A stretch of 61,253 bases of DNA from the NCBI GenBank assembly GCA_963794945.1, contig CAWCFT010000007.1, positions 1-61,253 on the forward strand. The letters run 5' to 3'. A program made the translations under genes and the position numbers. The DNA is from Endomicrobiales bacterium (GTDB lineage Bacteria; Elusimicrobiota; Endomicrobiia; Endomicrobiales; CAWCFT01). The notes beneath the pieces are model-generated. The model saw only the letters and a list, made by a program, of their open reading frames with translations. It was not told the origin of the DNA and made no database searches. Positions 60,071 to 61,253 of this stretch are shown here, piece by piece (positions within the stretch are counted from its first letter, which is position 1; each line of letters starts with the position of its first letter).

Positions 60071-60739
60071 TTATTTGTACTCGCCCGGGCATGACTTTAT
60101 GCAAACACCGCAAATCATCTGGCCTATACCCTGTATCTTCGAAAATTCTTTAAGTTTCATGTGGCATGCGTCCCTGTCAAAACTATCTTCTTTAATGGCC
60201 TTTGCCGGGCAAGCTGTCATGCACTTGTTACAGCCGCTACAGCTGCCTTCTTCAGGTTTGCCGGGTTCGAGAGGCATATCCGTAAGTACAGTCGCGTACC
60301 TGACCCTGCTCCCGAACCGTTTGTTGACCAGCAGGTTGTTCTTTCCGTACCTGCCGTGGCCGGCCAGCCTCGCTATTTCCCTGTGAGAAAGCGAACCAAG
60401 CTGTTTTTGCCAGTCTATAACCTGTGACGCCGGTATTGGGAACGCGTTAAATCCTTCTTTTTGTATGGCGGATGCTACCTTTAGAGCCGTTCGGTCGAGG
60501 AGTATGTTGGCCCGCTGGTAATGGAAATAGTACATCTGGTTCGGTGCGCCTTCAACGGTTTCAAGGATAGGGCCGGAAAGCTCGAACCCCAATGAGACGG
60601 CCCTGTCGAACTTTAACGCGATGTTCGGTGGGATTAAAAAATCTTTACGTGCAGCTGTAATGTCAGCGGCTCCGAAAAGTGACATCCCCTCGCTAAGCGC
60701 GAGCTTTTCCAGTTTCTCAAAATTTACGCTTTCATTCAT
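60071..60739 (-). CDS. QueG-like 4Fe-4S protein (epoxyqueuosine reductase family)
   Basis: SHREIARLAG.G..GKNNL, GSRVRY..VLTD, CSGCNKCMTACP, CGVCIKSCP. Confidence 0.8.
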   Translation of the reverse strand: MNESVNFEKLEKLALSEGMSLFGAADITAARKDFLIPPNIALKFDRAVSLGFELSGPILETVEGAPNQMYYFHYQRANILLDRTALKVASAIQKEGFNAFPIPASQVIDWQKQLGSLSHREIARLAGHGRYGKNNLLVNKRFGSRVRYATVLTDMPLEPGKPEEGSCSGCNKCMTACPAKAIKEDSFDRDACHMKLKEFSKIQGIGQMICGVCIKSCPGEYK

Positions 60740-60995
60740 TGTGTTTGTACCTCAACTTTAGGAATATCAATACTAAGACGAGCCCCAGAGTGCATGAATT
60801 AGCCAGTATAACCGGCAGCGAGCACACTAGCAGCCCATAGGCCACCCAGAGGCTCACTCCTGTTCCCAATGTGATGAACATTGTCATTGAAACGTCTTTT
60901 GACGATTTTGATTTATATAGTTTAAAGACCTGCGGAACAAAAGAAGCCGTTGTAAGCGTTCCGGCGGCCATGCCAAGAATATTGGCTATATCCAT
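60732..60995 (-). CDS. SemiSWEET/PQ-loop transporter
   Basis: TTASFVPQ, SKDVS, W..YG, PVILAN. Confidence 0.9.
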   Translation of the reverse strand: MDIANILGMAAGTLTTASFVPQVFKLYKSKSSKDVSMTMFITLGTGVSLWVAYGLLVCSLPVILANSCTLGLVLVLIFLKLRYKHNE

Positions 60996-60996
60996 G

Positions 60997-61253
60997 CTAC
61001 ATTTCTCCTTTTGTACTTGATGCGGACGAGCGCTGCATGTGGATAAGAAGCAAAGCTATGTCAGCGGGTGTTATTCCTGGTATCCTTGCTGGTGCCCAAC
61101 AGTGCCGGGAACTACTTTCTTGAATTTCTGCCTGGCTTCAGTGGATAGATTTTGTATGGAGTCGTAATTAAATCCTTCCGGAATAGTTTTTGATTCCATT
61201 TTGCTTTGCTTTCCTATGGCAGCACGTTGGCGTTTTATGTAGCCGTCATACTT
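60997..61253 (-). CDS. mnmG: tRNA modification enzyme MnmG/GidA, C-terminal part (indel near 61095)
   Basis: Reverse complement reads KYDGYIKRQ...LSTEARQK...P.TVG / RIPGITPADI; upstream of rsmG. Confidence 0.9.

Overview
Bacterial chromosomal window from a diderm organism. Gene content and order suggest Elusimicrobiota, but this is inference only. (1) 1-6500: a metal ABC transporter and a methyltransferase, then the right end of an integrative element. That end carries a STAS-GHKL kinase plus STAS-wHTH pair, a 120-nt three-way-junction structure in A-rich flanks, a replication-relaxation-family gene, an excisionase, and an intact tyrosine integrase whose ORF reads through a complete tRNA-Ser(CGA). 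(2) 6600-46200: a long, almost entirely + strand housekeeping run (typA, rpsF-ssb-rpsR-rplI-dnaB-alr-mlaEFD-radA, aro, efp, accBC, gmhA-rfaE2, thi, thrH-lysC-cimA-ilvDBNC, rpe, rpsP-khpA-rimM-trmD-rplS-rnhB-yraN). It also holds a DEDDh-WYL gene and a Zn-ribbon/HEPN-like/receiver gene. At least six of its gene junctions are filled by inverted arrays of 7(-8)-nt tandem repeats of several unit types. (3) 46400-56600: a c-di-GMP-I riboswitch with a visible switch helix, ahead of a giant FN3 surface protein ending in a T9SS type-B-like CTD. A PorV/PorP-like barrel fused to two LysM domains and an unusual two-component pair follow. (4) 56600-end: - strand mnmG 3' end, SemiSWEET, QueG-like, rsmG, HEAT-repeat gene and yjbQ. 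About 14 genes contain small indels, including ssb, trmD and mnmG. These are most likely consensus errors, so fusion and read-through claims need read-level checks. No CRISPR array, rRNA, reverse transcriptase or transposase was seen.
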